DNA of 64,000 nt from Octopus vulgaris (taxonomy: Eukaryota), in contig OX597824.1 in NCBI GenBank assembly GCA_951406725.2, positions 31,744,001 through 31,808,000 on the forward strand, given 5' to 3'. Position numbers and translations under genes: made by a program. The notes under the pieces are model-generated. The model searched no databases and had not been told where the DNA came from. It was given only the letters and a program-made list of their open reading frames with translations. This document shows positions 13,940 to 28,024 of the stretch, one piece after another. Every line of letters begins with the position of its first letter. Position 1 is the first letter of the stretch.

Positions 13940-14636
13940 ACACACAAAGAAAATATCGCCACAAGTTTTTCACTTGAGTAACCATGGATCAATCAATTAA
14001 TGAAATTGAGTCATAGGACTGAATCTCTCCAAAGGCTTAGCTGAAACAATTATTAGCCATTTGTATATAGTCCATTATCTATGTATATCTTATATATTAG
14101 AACTTTTGTTAGAGAGAGTCAATGGTAATGTGAAAAAAGTTTTCATGCTATAGTGGCAATCTTATTCATCAAGAAAAAAGTATTAGCTAAAAAAGGAAAA
14201 TAAAACTAAATATTTTTGCTAACAATATTGATTTCCAACATGCACAAAGATGAGTGCATAGCACAGCAACTGTTGTAATGATACATCTGTTGTTGTAAGG
14301 AGAGCCAAGTAGGTTTGCAATGACACAGTACTGTAGTATTTGTAAGGAAACAGTATTGATTGCAACAAAAAAATAACAGGTAAGTATAACAGATGTTTAC
14401 AGACAGTTGTAATACAAAAAGCTCTGTAGTGGTGAAATGAGGGCTCTGTAGTGCTTGTAAGATGATTTCTAATTTAGACACAAGGCCAGCAGGTTTTTGG
14501 AGGTAGGGGTTAGTCAATACCATCAACTCTCAGTATTTGACTGGTATTTTGTTTTACTGGCCCTGAAAGGATGAAAGGCAAAGTTTACATTGACATGATT
14601 TGAAGTCAGAATATGAAGTGACATTTTTTTCTTATC

Positions 14637-14900
14637 ATTATTTACATTTGACGGATATTTGTCCTCATGTTTTTTGTTGTTAACACAATGTTTTGGCTGA
14701 TATACCCTCCAGCCTTCATCAGGTGTCTTGGGGAAAAATACCTTAAGAAGGAGAACCCAGGTTCGAAATGTCCACAAGACATCTGATGAAGGCTGGAGGG
14801 TATATAAGCTGAAACATTGCGTTAACAACAAACAAGATGAGGACGAATATCCGTCAAATGTAAATAATGTACATAATTGCTCATCTCTTAAATATAGAAC
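14637..14900. mobile_element. Penelope-tail element fragment in an inverted (tail-to-tail) arrangement
   Basis: 14637-14736 is the inverted copy of 14766-14868; contains CTGATGAAGGCTG...GAAAC; same family as 37012-37190. Confidence 0.7.
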
Positions 14901-15484
14901 AATATTTATTTTGATGTCCTCATGATTCTACCAGCTTGCTACCTTTGTAGCAATTGCAGTAACACAATTGAGTAGTGGTTGTTGTAATGACACAGTTTAA
15001 TGGTGTTTGTAATATCAAATCATTCACTGTACTGATATAGCTCAGAAGAAGCAATATTGATACTATAGCAGGGATCTGTTGAAGGCAAACATGAAAAAAA
15101 TGTACCACCATCAACTTCAACAACTGGGAAGAAAATGTAAATAACTGAAACCTCTGGAGATCCAACATCTGTGAAGGAACAACTATATTCAAGACAAACA
15201 AATGGGAAAATGTGATGGAGGAGGAATGAAGTGCAACTCAACCAGACCAAATCTCTCCAAGGAACAACTTACCCAACTCACAGGAGATACTTCAAAGCCT
15301 GAATTAGACTCATGTGGCCACCTTTGAGTGCACCAACAACCCAACATGGACTAGTACGAATATCATCATCCTCTGAAGAAAGAGGGATAGCCATGACAAC
15401 GACGACTACAGCAATGATTGTATTGAAGCTCAGCAGTTGTCATGTAGACACAGCTCAGTGATAGTTGTAATATTACAGTAATTG

Positions 15485-15900
15485 TAAGGTAGAAAGCTGG
15501 CAGAGTCATTAGGATGCAGGGCAAAATATTCTAAGTTCAAATTCAGTCACAGTCAGCTTAAACTTTCATCCATTTGGGGACGATAAAATAAGTACTAGTT
15601 GAACACTGGGGTCAATGTAATCAACTAGCCCCACCTCCGTTTCAGGCTTTGTCTTTAGTAGAAAGGATTATTATTATCATTACTAAGGCAGAAAGCTGGC
15701 TGAATTGTTAGTACACCAGGCAAAATGCTTAGTAACATTTCACCCATCTTTACATTCTGAGTTCATAATTCTACCGAGGTCAACTTTGCATTTCAACCTT
15801 CTATGGTCAATGAAATAAATATCAGTTGAGTATTGGGATCAATGTAGTCAACTTTCCCCATCTCCCAAAATTTCTGACCTTGTGCCAAAATTTAAAACCA
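15485..15900 (+). mobile_element. Two diverged copies of SINE family B
   Basis: aaggcagaaagctggc...gagttcataattc...tttcatccatttggggacgataaaataagtac; related to 26235-26460. Confidence 0.65.
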
Positions 15901-16849
15901 GCATTACAGTAATTATAATGCCCAAGCTCAAAACTAATTATGTTGATATAACCCATCAGTGATGACATCATTGTTCAACAAAGGTTGTAATGGCAAAACT
16001 CAGTGATGTTTGTGATATCACTACTCATGCATCTACAGTCGTAAAAACTAAACAGTGAGTGCAGTAACACAACAGAATAGTGGCACATAATGTCAGATGA
16101 GTAGTGTATCTGGTGATAAAGCAATGATTGGAATGTCTTTATGGAGACCTGCCAAAAGTTAATCAGAAGATCAGGCAAAGACAGCTGTGACTGTATGGTC
16201 AATGTGTATGCCATTCTGAACTGGAAGCATTCAAATTAGTTTTCTAGCATCCACTTCATGATGATGTAAGAAGAAGAAAACATCATCACACATCGACAAC
16301 TTGATTGCAGACACAAGCCTGGAATGTATCCAGGACCTCAAGACAATGATATGGGACCAAGAAGTGCAGCAGGTGGACTTTGTTATTGCAGCCCAGGTTT
16401 GGACGCAAACATAAAAAAAAAAATGGTTGGAAAATGAACAGTTCAATATCAGTTACAATGTCACATCAGCAAATGTAATTAAACAGCAGTGGTTAACACA
16501 GCTTTGCAGTTTTCACTATATATATGACAGCAGTGAATACAATGATACAGCTCAATTGCAATAGCACAGCTCTAGTAGTGAAGACCTCATTCATTGATAG
16601 TTATAAAGACAAGAGGTCAGTGGAAGCTGCAATGACACAATTGCAAATGGAATGAAATAGTCTAGTAGTGGTTCTGTAGAAGGCCAACATTTTGGTACTT
16701 GTTTCCAATCAGGAAATTCTTTTTAAACAGCAACAGTAATTTTGGCAGAATTAAGTAGCAACACCAGCAAAAATCTAACCAATTAAATTTTGTGTAAACA
16801 AGTGCATAATTGAATAAGAGTTGTAAGACTCAGATCACTAGTTGTAATG

Positions 16850-17075
16850 GCAGCTCACAGCAGTGGTTGGCACAGCTCAGTGGTGCTTGGAATGATACAC
16901 CTATGGTTGTTATATCAGCCCAGTGGTGATTGTAATGATACACCTCAGCATGGATTGTAATGACACACCTAAGTGATGGTTGTAATGACACACCTCGGTG
17001 ATGGTTGTAATGACACACCTCAGCAAGGGTTGTAATGACACACCTCAGTGATGGTTGTAATGACATACCTCAGTG
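16850..17075 (+). repeat. 25-bp minisatellite (TGTAATGACACACCTCAGTGATGGT)
   Basis: About 8 units with period 25; degenerate units continue on both sides. Confidence 0.85.
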
Positions 17076-18654
17076 TGTTGCTTTGACATAATTCAGCACT
17101 GGTAGTAAGGATAACTCAGTGCTAGCAAGGACATAACATCTGTAATAACACAACTTAGATGTAGTTGTAACAACACAAATCAGTATTAGTTTTCGAGATG
17201 TCACATCAGTGGTTTTGAGGACACTACAATGTTTGTAATAAACCAGCTCAATTGTTGTCATGACAGCTCAACAACCACTCTAATGACTCAGCTCAGACAA
17301 GATTCAGTGGTTGTTTTCATGACATAGATCAATGGCTGTAAGCTCACAGTAGTGAGGGCAATGACATATAGTAGATATGATATCTACGACTAGCAGTGGC
17401 TTTAATGAGCCAGCTCAGCAGCAGTTGTAATAATATATATCAACAGTGACATTAACAACATAGCTCAGAGGTGGCTGTAATGATACATATCTGCAGTAGC
17501 AAAAATGACAACCTAGAACTGGTTGCAATAGTAGTGTGCTACTATAATTAAAACGAGGGCTGAACTACATATTTTGTCTTTTCTGTGATACCAATTATCT
17601 TTCTCACTACCTGGAACCACTTCACTTGACATTCATTCGTTGTCCTTAACATTGCCCCTCTCCACTCACATTTTACACTGACCACCCCTATCAAATTATC
17701 ACTCCTCCCTCTCCACTGAATCATTTCCTGTTGACTTGCTCTTATCACCATACATCTTTCACTTATCCCAAATATTAACGTCTTTCCACTTACACTTATG
17801 CAATCTACCCATATCATTCCCCTTTCTCTTGTCTACTGCATTATTATAATCAAACTACTGCTCTTTACCTTCCTGTACTACCAATCAGTACCTACACCTC
17901 TTGACCTCCTCCTCTACAATTTATTTGTATCACTGATCACTTCACCTCACTACATTCACCTTTATATCCATCCCAAACTCTAGTTATCATTCACTTTCTT
18001 TTACCTTCCATCCAACTCAAATCTATCAGATTCCATGCCCACCTCAACCCTTGTTCATTATTCAGTATATTTACACCCCTAGCCTATCTCTTATCATTCC
18101 TCACACCCACCAAACATGCTTGCAGCCTCTACCCAGCCACCCTTCTTGTTCTTATCTCCATATTAATTACTCCCACCCACTCTTGAATATTGTGAGCAGC
18201 CATGTACCTCTTCAGCAAGAAACCTGTGCCAGTCCCTTCCCTCATATTCTTATCTTTCAACACTATGTCTCCTTCTCTACTCTAACACCACACAGTCATC
18301 AGAGATCTTGGTCTTACAGGCTACATAGCAACCTCACTGGTGCTGGTGCTACAAAAAGAAGAAAAGAAAAAGAAAAGCCTCCAGTAGGCTGTGTCAAGTG
18401 GTTGGCATTAGGAAAGACATCCAGATGTAGAAATCATGCCAAAGCAGAGACAATCTTCCAACCTGTTGGATTCTGTCAAACTGTCCAACCCATGCCAGTA
18501 TGGAAGCTGGGCATTAAAACAGTAGTGGTTATAAATAATGATACAGCTTATTGTTATTTGTAATAACACGGCTCAGTAACGGTTTCAGTGACTCAACAGA
18601 GGTTGCAATTACAAAATTGTTAGTACCATTTGTAATAATACACTCAGCAGCATT

Positions 18655-18810
18655 TATAATGACATACCTCTACAGTGGTTGTAATTACACACCCTCGCAG
18701 TGGTAGTAATAACATGCTTCTGCAGTGGTAGTAATGACATGCCTCTGCAGTGGTAGTAATGACACACCCCTGCAGTGGTTGCAATGACACACCTCAACAG
18801 TGGTTATAAT
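18655..18810 (+). repeat. 25-bp minisatellite (GTAATGACAYRCCTCTGCAGTGGTA), related to 16850-17075
   Basis: About 6 units with period 25. Confidence 0.85.
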
Positions 18811-19913
18811 ATATATTTTATAGCAAAAATGTTTACAGTTTATTAGTCTAAAATTTTATTCTCAAACAGATAACAGATTTATATTTTTAAAATGTAATCC
18901 ATGATTGAAGAATGCAAGACGGCAACAGCTTCACAGATGCTTGAAGAACCTGTAGGTGATGAATTTGCATTGAATACAAGATCAGATGAAACACAATTTA
19001 CTTCAGAAAAGGTATCTTCATTATGTGTTGCAATCTAGGCTGTGTTTCACATACTTATCATTTGGCAAGTATAGTGCAATATATAATTTGCTGATGAAGT
19101 CAGGTTAAGTTTAAAAATTGTTTCTGAGTTGTCCCTTGCCAAAATATAAATAATATCAGTGATACTTCACAACAAGTTTATCTTGAGTTTATCCTGTTAA
19201 AAATTTTCAAAGTCACAAGAATCTAGTCCCATAATGATTGTGTTAAAGCAGAAAAGAAATGGATGATACAAGGAATTAGAATTTTCTCCTTTAATATGAA
19301 TATAATCAAGATGAGTACAAATTTGTGATATGGTGCATTTCAGAAGTGGATGATTGATGCAATCCATGCAGTAATGTTGTACAGGAACTTAAGAGTTGAT
19401 TGTAAGGATGTAGTTAGTTGTTGTCAGTGCCACCATCACCATTTAGTTAGTGTTCATTTTTTCATGTTTGAAGGGGTCAAATAGTTTATTGAGGCAAATT
19501 TTCTATGACTGGATGCCCTTCCTGTCACCAATCCTCACCTGTTTCGAAATATGGTAATACTCACCCATGACTGACATATGTTTTCATAAATTACTGGAAA
19601 CAGAGGATGTTACTAGTATGATGGCACAATACATGTTTACAACAACCACACAATATCAAGACAAGGAGACACCAATTCACATGTATACAAATACATGAGA
19701 GGTGCCTTTCAATTTCCACAAGGCTTTAGTTGGTCCAAAGGTATAGTAAAAGATACATGCCAAAGGTGCCACACAATGGATCTGAACCCAGAACCAAGTG
19801 GTTGGGAAGTAAGCTTCTTAACCACATTGCACTGTCTCTGTAACAAAGTAACACACTGTTTATTTGTTATCATTTAATCCATTCACTGTTCTTAATTGTC
19901 AGATTCATATTTG

Positions 19914-20289
19914 ACTTGACTTGAGACAGCATTGACTTGGGGTGGGCTCAGCTGGCTTCAGTCATCCTCAGTACTGCATCTCTCCCAAACGCCTTATTCC
20001 AGTGGCAACCACTCCTTATTCCAGTGGCAAATGCTGTAGATATGGGAGCCTAGGTTGGGTTCCAGATCAGCCTTGACTGTCATCAGCCAGGTTTTTCATT
20101 GTCCACCACATCGTTTTCGCCAACCCTGAAGGGGAGCTGGGGCAATTGCTTCGTAGATGAATTCTCCTGGCTGACGACAAAAGGCATGACCAAGCCAACG
20201 CAGACGTCTCGTTAGGATGACTTGTTGGAGGGAGGTGATTTTGCACTGGTGTCGCACCGAATTGTTGGAGACAAAGTGATGCCATCAAA
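19914..20289 (-). mobile_element. 5'-truncated RTE-like LINE with (CAAGT)n tail and 14-bp TSD
   Basis: Minus frame RRLRWLGHAFCRQPGE; TSD CAGATTCATATTTG at 19900-19913 and 20290-20303. Confidence 0.85.
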
Positions 20290-20730
20290 CAGATTCATAT
20301 TTGTGCTGAATTCTATTTTGCATGACTTCTATTACAGAAAAATTATATAAAATATTATTTAAATTGTAGTTCTTAGTGATACATATTGGTTGTAGTGTGA
20401 TCTTAGCTCTGATAAAACAGAACTTCAGATCAAAGGAATTCCAACCAGGACCATCCCTTTTTATTTCAGTGTATCCTAAGACATTTTTTCTGAGAAAGAT
20501 TGAGTGTGATGACTGCTATTTTTAACAAGCCAAGCAGCAGTTTAGGAGTTTTCCCCATTTCTTTGTGAAGCATAACTATTTATTTCTGAGTCTACTACAG
20601 GAAAACTGAATGAGTATAGTATTTTCCATAGCTTTAGTATCCATAATTAGTAATAGCTGTAAGCTTTTTAGGTTTAATTAAACATTTAACAATTTGAATG
20701 AAAAGGATTTAGAATCAAAGAAATTTTTAC

Positions 20731-20802
20731 CATTCTCCTGGTTTGTAATTCCGTATTTGACTTGAGACCAGCAAGAATTCCAAATATTCCAACCAAGATA
20801 AC
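20731..20802 (-). CDS. MS4A-like gene, coding exon 2 (VILVGIFGILAGLKSNTELQTRRM)
   Basis: tgttttgtttag acceptor and gtaaaa donor; 72 nt, phase 0. Completes TM2 (SLW-VILVGIFGILA), the W-x-x-x-x-G-x-x-G pattern of CD20-family TM2. Confidence 0.85.
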
Positions 20803-21905
20803 CTAAACAAAACACAAATTATACAATTAAATGTAATTCTCAGATGTGGTGGTGGTGGTGATGGTGGGGATATAATGTAGCGACTACTACAACAATGTTA
20901 GTCTCTTCCTCACCCCACTGTTGCTTCATTCCGTTTGCCAATAACATACCTTCTTCCATAACTCACAGCTGTATGTCATTTCTAAACACTACAGTTACAT
21001 GATGGAGCCAAATTTTTTTTTCATATCTTGACATCTGCTGGTGGTTAAATTCATGTATCTGAAGATGATGATTGCTGCATAAAATCACTAGAACCCTTCA
21101 TTGTGAAGATCAGTCTACACTGCAAAACTGTTCACATATATAGGACAGAGCTAGCGCTGCTATATGTAAACGTTACTGAATATAATGGAAAAAGAAATCT
21201 GGTTCATAAGAAAAGACTTCCTTTTGAACTTATTTCTATTGCTGGCTTAGATGCATTGTTGCTTCATGGAGTCTACTTAAAAACTTGTACTAAATACATT
21301 TTTTCACAGTTCTCATTCAAATTGCTGGAACTTATTCTACATTACAGAAGTTCAAGCTAACTATCAACCACACTGTTTTCACTGGAATGGAAGGAAGGCC
21401 AAAGAAAAATGACCAAATACACATTTCTTAACCCTTTCCTGATTATTCTAATAATGATGATAAATATCCACTGAAAAATAGAACTCGTATTTTTTGCAAG
21501 TCACATTGTTTCAATAAATTTGATGTATTTCAACAAAAATTACTTTTAAACAATTACAGTCTTCAACAAAAGATAATTTAATGAATATATCTGATTTCTA
21601 CAATAAAAGGATTAATTAATGCATTCAATACTGTTTAACTATAAAACACATCAACACTTAATATGAAACCATTTAGTATTAATCTATGGTTATTTGTATG
21701 TGTGTGTGTGTGTGTGTGTGCGTGTATATATATATATGTGTTCAGCCGAAATTGCGAGGATGATCCGGTTCTTGACTGAAGTTTAAAGGCTTCGAATGAC
21801 CCGTCTGTGTTTTTTGCATCGTCTATCTGGATGTTTTGCGTTCTTGTCCCATTTTGTATTTTTTATATATATATATATATATATATAGCGGCGTACGTAC
21901 ACTTT

Positions 21906-22350
<445 letters not shown>

Positions 22351-22449
22351 AAAAATAATATATATATATATATATAAAACAATATATATATAAAATATAT
22401 ATTAAAAAAAATTATATATATATATATATAGACACACACATGTACATAT

Positions 22450-23010
22450 GTGTGTGTATGTGTTCTCATCACTGTCTTGTAGCACTTGGCAGTGAACCCA
22501 TTCAGTGTATACTGGAGATCACCTTCTGACAAGCCAAGTAGCATCATGTCTGCCAACATCAGCTGGCCATTCCTGAACCCACCAATAAGGATACCACTTT
22601 CACAATGGCTGTGCATGTCAATTCAGTTCATAGAAATTATGAAAAAGGAGCACACAACCCTGCCAAAATCCAATACTCAGATTGAAAGGTTTCAACTTAA
22701 CCCACTTACCTGAATGCAAATATTTGGACACTTGTATAAGGAAGTTTCTCCTGATCAAGTTCCTACTTCTCGACACTGAGCTCACAGCACTGATACTACA
22801 GACGTGGTTAGAACATCACAGGAAAGAATTGCCAAACAGATTCCTCAAGCTGAGCCAACTGGCAGGCAACCTAGTGGTAGATGGTTGGATAATATCCATG
22901 GTCTCAGTTGGTCATACTTGCAAATAAAGCAGGAAGGTGTATTGACCATTGTTTCTATTGAGATCCTATGGAGCAGGTGCCTCAGGACTCTACCCACAAT
23001 ACACTTGTAA
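22450..23010 (-). mobile_element. Degenerate LINE RT 3' fragment
   Basis: Minus frame LMLADMMLLGLSEGDLQYTLNGF resembles the RT FADD region. Confidence 0.55.
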
Positions 23011-23868
23011 GAATAGCGAGTGAGGAAGAAAGAATGGATGTATATATTTTCCCATTCTGAGCTTTAAAAATTGGTAAAGTGTCACAGACAAGTGAACATT
23101 TATTTGGTATGATATGAATGAATTAATTTTGGAATCTTCAGTTTTCATGAAGAGTTAATATGACACTAGTATGTACTTCATTTTTACAAACTTTTTACAA
23201 TACCAAAGAGTCAAATGCATTTTAGTTATCTTACAGTTCTATTCAAAACTTTAGATCCCATTACATTTTTATCTCATTCTTAGTTGTGTAATAAAATATT
23301 TCAAAAGTACTTTCAATGTAGAAGGAACTAGTAAAATATAGTTTCAAATAAAGACGGTTTCGTTGTTTTCATTATCAAATATATTTTTGATTTTTTTTTC
23401 TTTATGACTAACATTCTGTGCTCTGTTACACATCTCTGAATGTAATATAAGTATTTCTATGATATGGGACTATTAATCCTACAGAAAAAAAGCACACCAT
23501 TTCTGAGGAAAGTGGGGGTGTAAATGGTCTCTTACATGTATTTGTGCAATAGACTGAAAAAGAAGAGCAAACCTCTGTACTAATATGGAGCTATCATTCA
23601 TAAGATGTATGAATCTGACCAGAGTGAAGAAACTGGAATATTTTAAATCAAATATCCAAATGGTTTCAAAGAAGAAAATAAAGCAACTTGTCAGATGAAT
23701 GTCAACCCAAAGACAAAGAAAGATCTGGATAGGATACTGGAAGGGCATTATCCCAGTAAACAAATATTAATGGTTATCTACAGACTTAACAAAATTAGCT
23801 CCCTCCACAAAACATTTCAAGTTTTGTTCCTATAGTAGAAAAAGAAAATTATCAACAATGAGCTTTAA

Positions 23869-24085
23869 CCCTTTCGTTACTGTATTTATTTTGAGATGTT
23901 CTGTGTTTCTTTCAATTACTTTATATATAACAAAGAATTTAATAAGATAACTTAGTTATCATTCAGCTAGTGTTAGGAACATAAATTGTGACTAAGGTTT
24001 GGTGGAAGATTTTAATTTAACACTTATGAAAACAAGACATTTGTACTCAGAGCCAGAGCCAGTTTCAGCCGGGTTGGTAACGAAA
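23869..24085. mobile_element. piggyBac-like MITE (inverted relative to 34334-34553)
   Basis: TTAA-CCCTTTCGTTAC start; reverse complement of the 34334 copy. Confidence 0.75.
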
Positions 24086-24375
24086 TGCAGTATCAGGCTG
24101 AGAGAACTTCCAAACCTATTCTAAGCAGGGTTCCAATATTGTTAGCTATAAGCAAGTATTCCTAAAAGCAATGGCAGTTTAAGAATCATAGAGAAGGAAA
24201 ATTTTGTAATGAAATGATTTATAAAATTTAAAAAATAAAAGAATGAAAATAAGTATTAAGACTGTCCATGTAGTACAATATATTTTTAATCAGTATACAG
24301 TTGACATAAAAACCATTATCAGTTATGCAACTGTCCTTACTAGTTTTACAGTTCAATGAGAAAATCAGTACTTAC

Positions 24376-24552
24376 CCATAGACTTATAATAAATGCTGGT
24401 GTAGAGGTTACAACAGACATATTCCGATTATCACCGTACCGAAGTAATTTTGTGGAATATCCCACCATTGAAATAATGAAGCATAGAACTCCAATACCCA
24501 AATGAAACGCTCCCGTTATGGTCATCGCTGTGTACTGGTACCCAACAATCAT
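24376..24552 (-). CDS. MS4A/CD20-like four-TM protein, first coding exon (MIVGYQYTAMTITGAFHLGIGVLCFIISMVGYSTKLLRYGDNRNMSVVTSTPAFIISLW)
   Basis: ATG at 24552 with an in-frame upstream TAA. Polypyrimidine tract and AG acceptor at 24578-24577, so the exon starts at 24576 in the 5' UTR. GTAAGT donor after TGG. Encodes TM1 and half of TM2. Confidence 0.85.
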
Positions 24553-24764
24553 TTTCAATGGTTATGTGAGACTTGTCTAAAAATAAAGAAAAGTTTTACA
24601 AAGTCAATAAAAGAAAATGAACAAAGAGCAAACTTGAAGAGGATTTGGAAAATGTGAATGTTGGTTTTGTGTATAGTGTTAGAATAGATATAAATGTAAA
24701 ATGAAAATTAACATAAATGGAACTACACATCATTATGATTATCTTCTATCTTTTACTTGCTTCA

Positions 24765-24796
<32 letters not shown>

Positions 24797-25021
24797 TAAT
24801 CAATAAAAGGTAGCAAAAAATTCAAGAGAATTTTTTTCGCCACCAGCGGTCTAGTGAGAAAGAAAAAATAGTCAACAGACTATATAATGTACATTCAACA
24901 ATAATATTAAGGAATGGCCTTGATAGGCCATTCGACTCACTAAAGCGAGCAGCCAAACTCAAACCGCTAAATAGTAGTAATTCAGAAATCAAAGGAAAAT
25001 AAAAAACATTTACCCTTATCA

Positions 25022-25119
25022 TCTTTGGACTATGCAAAGTTTCGACGTACATTTTGGCAAACCAGCTTAATTAAATTAAATTAAATCAATTTACCACTGG
25101 CCCGTCTCATCGGCAAAGA
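25022..25119 (-). ncRNA. Type I hammerhead ribozyme (inverted copy of 25460-25567)
   Basis: Reverse complement reads TCTTTG-CCGATGA-GACG...CGTC-GAAA-CTT TGCA TAG-TC-CAAAGA. Confidence 0.72.
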
Positions 25120-25459
25120 AGCCAGGGGAATATATATTCCACGAGGCAACAGCATCAATGCCTCGGGAATATATACTCTAAACTTTCAAAATCTACCGTC
25201 ATCGCACCAACTTTAGCAGCAAATATAAACTGCTGATTTAATTTCAGAATTAGCCAAAAAATCATTAATTAATCAATAAAGGGTAGCAAATAATTCACTT
25301 TATTGCTTAATTAATGATTTTTTGGCTAATTCTGAAATTAAATCAGCAGTTTATATTTGCAGCTAAGTTGGCGCGATGACCGTAGATTTTGAAAGTTTAG
25401 AGTATATATTCCTGAGGCATCGATGCTGTTGCCTCGTGGAATATATATTCCCCCCGGCT

Positions 25460-25567
25460 TCTTTGCCGATGAGACGGGTCAGTGGTAAATTGATTTAATT
25501 AAATTAAATTTAATTTAATTAAGCTGGTTTGCCAAAATGTACGTCGAAACTATGCATAGTCCAAAGA
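25460..25567 (+). ncRNA. Type I hammerhead ribozyme, U4C core variant, long stem II
   Basis: TCTTTG-CCGATGA-GACG..(about 65 nt)..CGTC-GAAA-CTA TGCA TAG-TC-CAAAGA; GUC site; palindromic stem III ACTATGCATAGT. Confidence 0.78.
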
Positions 25568-25690
25568 TGATAAGGGTAAATGTTTTTAATTTTCCTTCGA
25601 TTTCTGAATTACTACTATTTAGTGGTTTGAGTTTGGCTGCTTGTTTTAGTGAGTCGAATGGCCTATCAAGGCCATTCCTTAAAATTATTG

Positions 25691-25723
<33 letters not shown>

Positions 25724-25737
25724 ATATATATATATAT

Positions 25738-25808
<71 letters not shown>

Positions 25809-25860
25809 TATATATATTCATAATATATATATATATATATATATATTCATATATATATTC

Positions 25861-25944
<84 letters not shown>

Positions 25945-26106
25945 TATATATAAATACATATAATTACACAACGACCTCGAACCTACAAGAGAGACAGAGA
26001 CAGGCAGAAACAAGGAAAATGCCACTTGCATTTGAACACTATGCAAATATTCTTTTAAAAAAACTTTTCTTTAATTTTTCCAAAATTTGGTTGTTTTCCA
26101 TACTTA

Positions 26107-26142
26107 CAGTTGAAAAAGTCTCAATAACTGAAACCGGTACTG
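26107..26142 (+). ncRNA. Minimal type I hammerhead, U3-A8 core variant
   Basis: CAG-TTGAAAA-AGT ctcaata ACT-GAAA-CCGG-TA-CTG; palindromic stem III ACCGGT; homolog at 59211-59248. Confidence 0.6.
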
Positions 26143-26234
26143 AAATGTTTTTTATAAAATTATTTTAGCATTTTCTATCTTTTTTCCATACTCACACACA
26201 CACTCACACATACATATATATATATATATATATC

Positions 26235-26669
<435 letters not shown>

Positions 26670-26680
26670 TATATACATAC

Positions 26681-26735
<55 letters not shown>

Positions 26736-27199
26736 TACACACACACATGTATATATACATATAAAAATACATCTAAATATATATACATATAAAATACATC
26801 TATATATATACATATATATATATACACATATATGTACATACATATATATATATACAAACATATACATACATATATACATATATATATATACACACATATA
26901 TATACACACACATATATATACACATATATGTACATATATATATACATATAAAAATGTATCTATATATGTATGTATATATGTATATATACATACATATATA
27001 GATATATATATACACATATATACATATATATATATACATATATATATACATATATATATACATATATATATATAAAGCAATTCAACAATGATATACTTAA
27101 ATCATACCATACAGAAAAAAATTAAAGATACAATAAAACATTTACCTAAAACTAAATAAAGTACTAAATAATAAATATATAGTATATAATTAGTAAATA

Positions 27200-27280
27200 G
27201 ACTACGTGTGTTTCGTGGCTATATTTTCAAATTGATAATAATAAAATCAATTCAATTTAAATATAGTCACTCATCAGGTC
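27200..27280 (-). ncRNA. Type I hammerhead ribozyme, long stem II
   Basis: GAC-CTGATGA-GTGACTATATTT..AAATATAGCCAC-GAAA-C ACAC G-TA-GTC; intact core, GUA site. Confidence 0.75.
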
Positions 27281-27362
27281 CTAAGATAAAAACAATAAAA
27301 TACTAAAGTAAATGCACATATATTATCTTATTAGAAAAGATAAATATATATAAAAATACATA

Positions 27363-27426
<64 letters not shown>

Positions 27427-27587
27427 GCAGATAACCGAAGAGATGGTGGTGTGGATTTCCACCTCGGCATCCAAAACTCAGAGTTTTATCTTGGCTACTG
27501 AATAATTGTCACATATTATTTTACAGATTACATATAAATATATATATATTTATATATATACATATATATATATGTATATACACACAC

Positions 27588-27630
<43 letters not shown>

Positions 27631-27647
27631 TATATGCATACACATAC

Positions 27648-27745
<98 letters not shown>

Positions 27746-28024
27746 GTTTAATAATCTCAATGGAGGCACTGCAAGCAGAAACTAGAGGAACATAATAACC
27801 ACACTCAAAATCAACTATATACATATATTCTTCTATATTTATAAAATGGATATAAAAGTTGCAAATATATAAATATAAAAATACATATAAATAGATAAAT
27901 AATGATAGGATACATAAAACGCAGTGGATTTTAGATTTAAAAGTTATAATACATTGGTGTAATAAAAATTTGAGATGATAAAACATTAAAACGACATGAA
28001 AATAATAGAAGACTCTAAAAATTC

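Larger units (their letters stand above)
24897..25692. repeat. About 380-bp inverted repeat (24897-25273 / 25306-25692) of a Penelope-like terminal repeat
   Basis: Arms are near-identical reverse complements (mirror ORFs 24822-25052 and 25537-25953); flanked by (TA)n. Confidence 0.9.

Noticed and set aside
14770-14830. CTGATGA...GAAAC hammerhead core
   Set aside because: No stem I partner and an eroded stem III; treated as a repeat tail, not a ribozyme.
16850-17075. Regular 25-bp repeats as a CRISPR array
   Set aside because: Head-to-tail units with no unique spacers, eukaryotic context and no cas genes.
21775-21810. CTGAAG...TTCGAATGACC.GTC motif (also about 31045 and 60245)
   Set aside because: Resembles Penelope termini, but GAAA and stem II cannot be formed; not called as a ribozyme.
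23479-23763. Hydrophobic minus-strand ORF (LFTGIMPF...) as an MS4A exon
   Set aside because: No in-frame AG acceptor; exon 20731-20802 fits much better.
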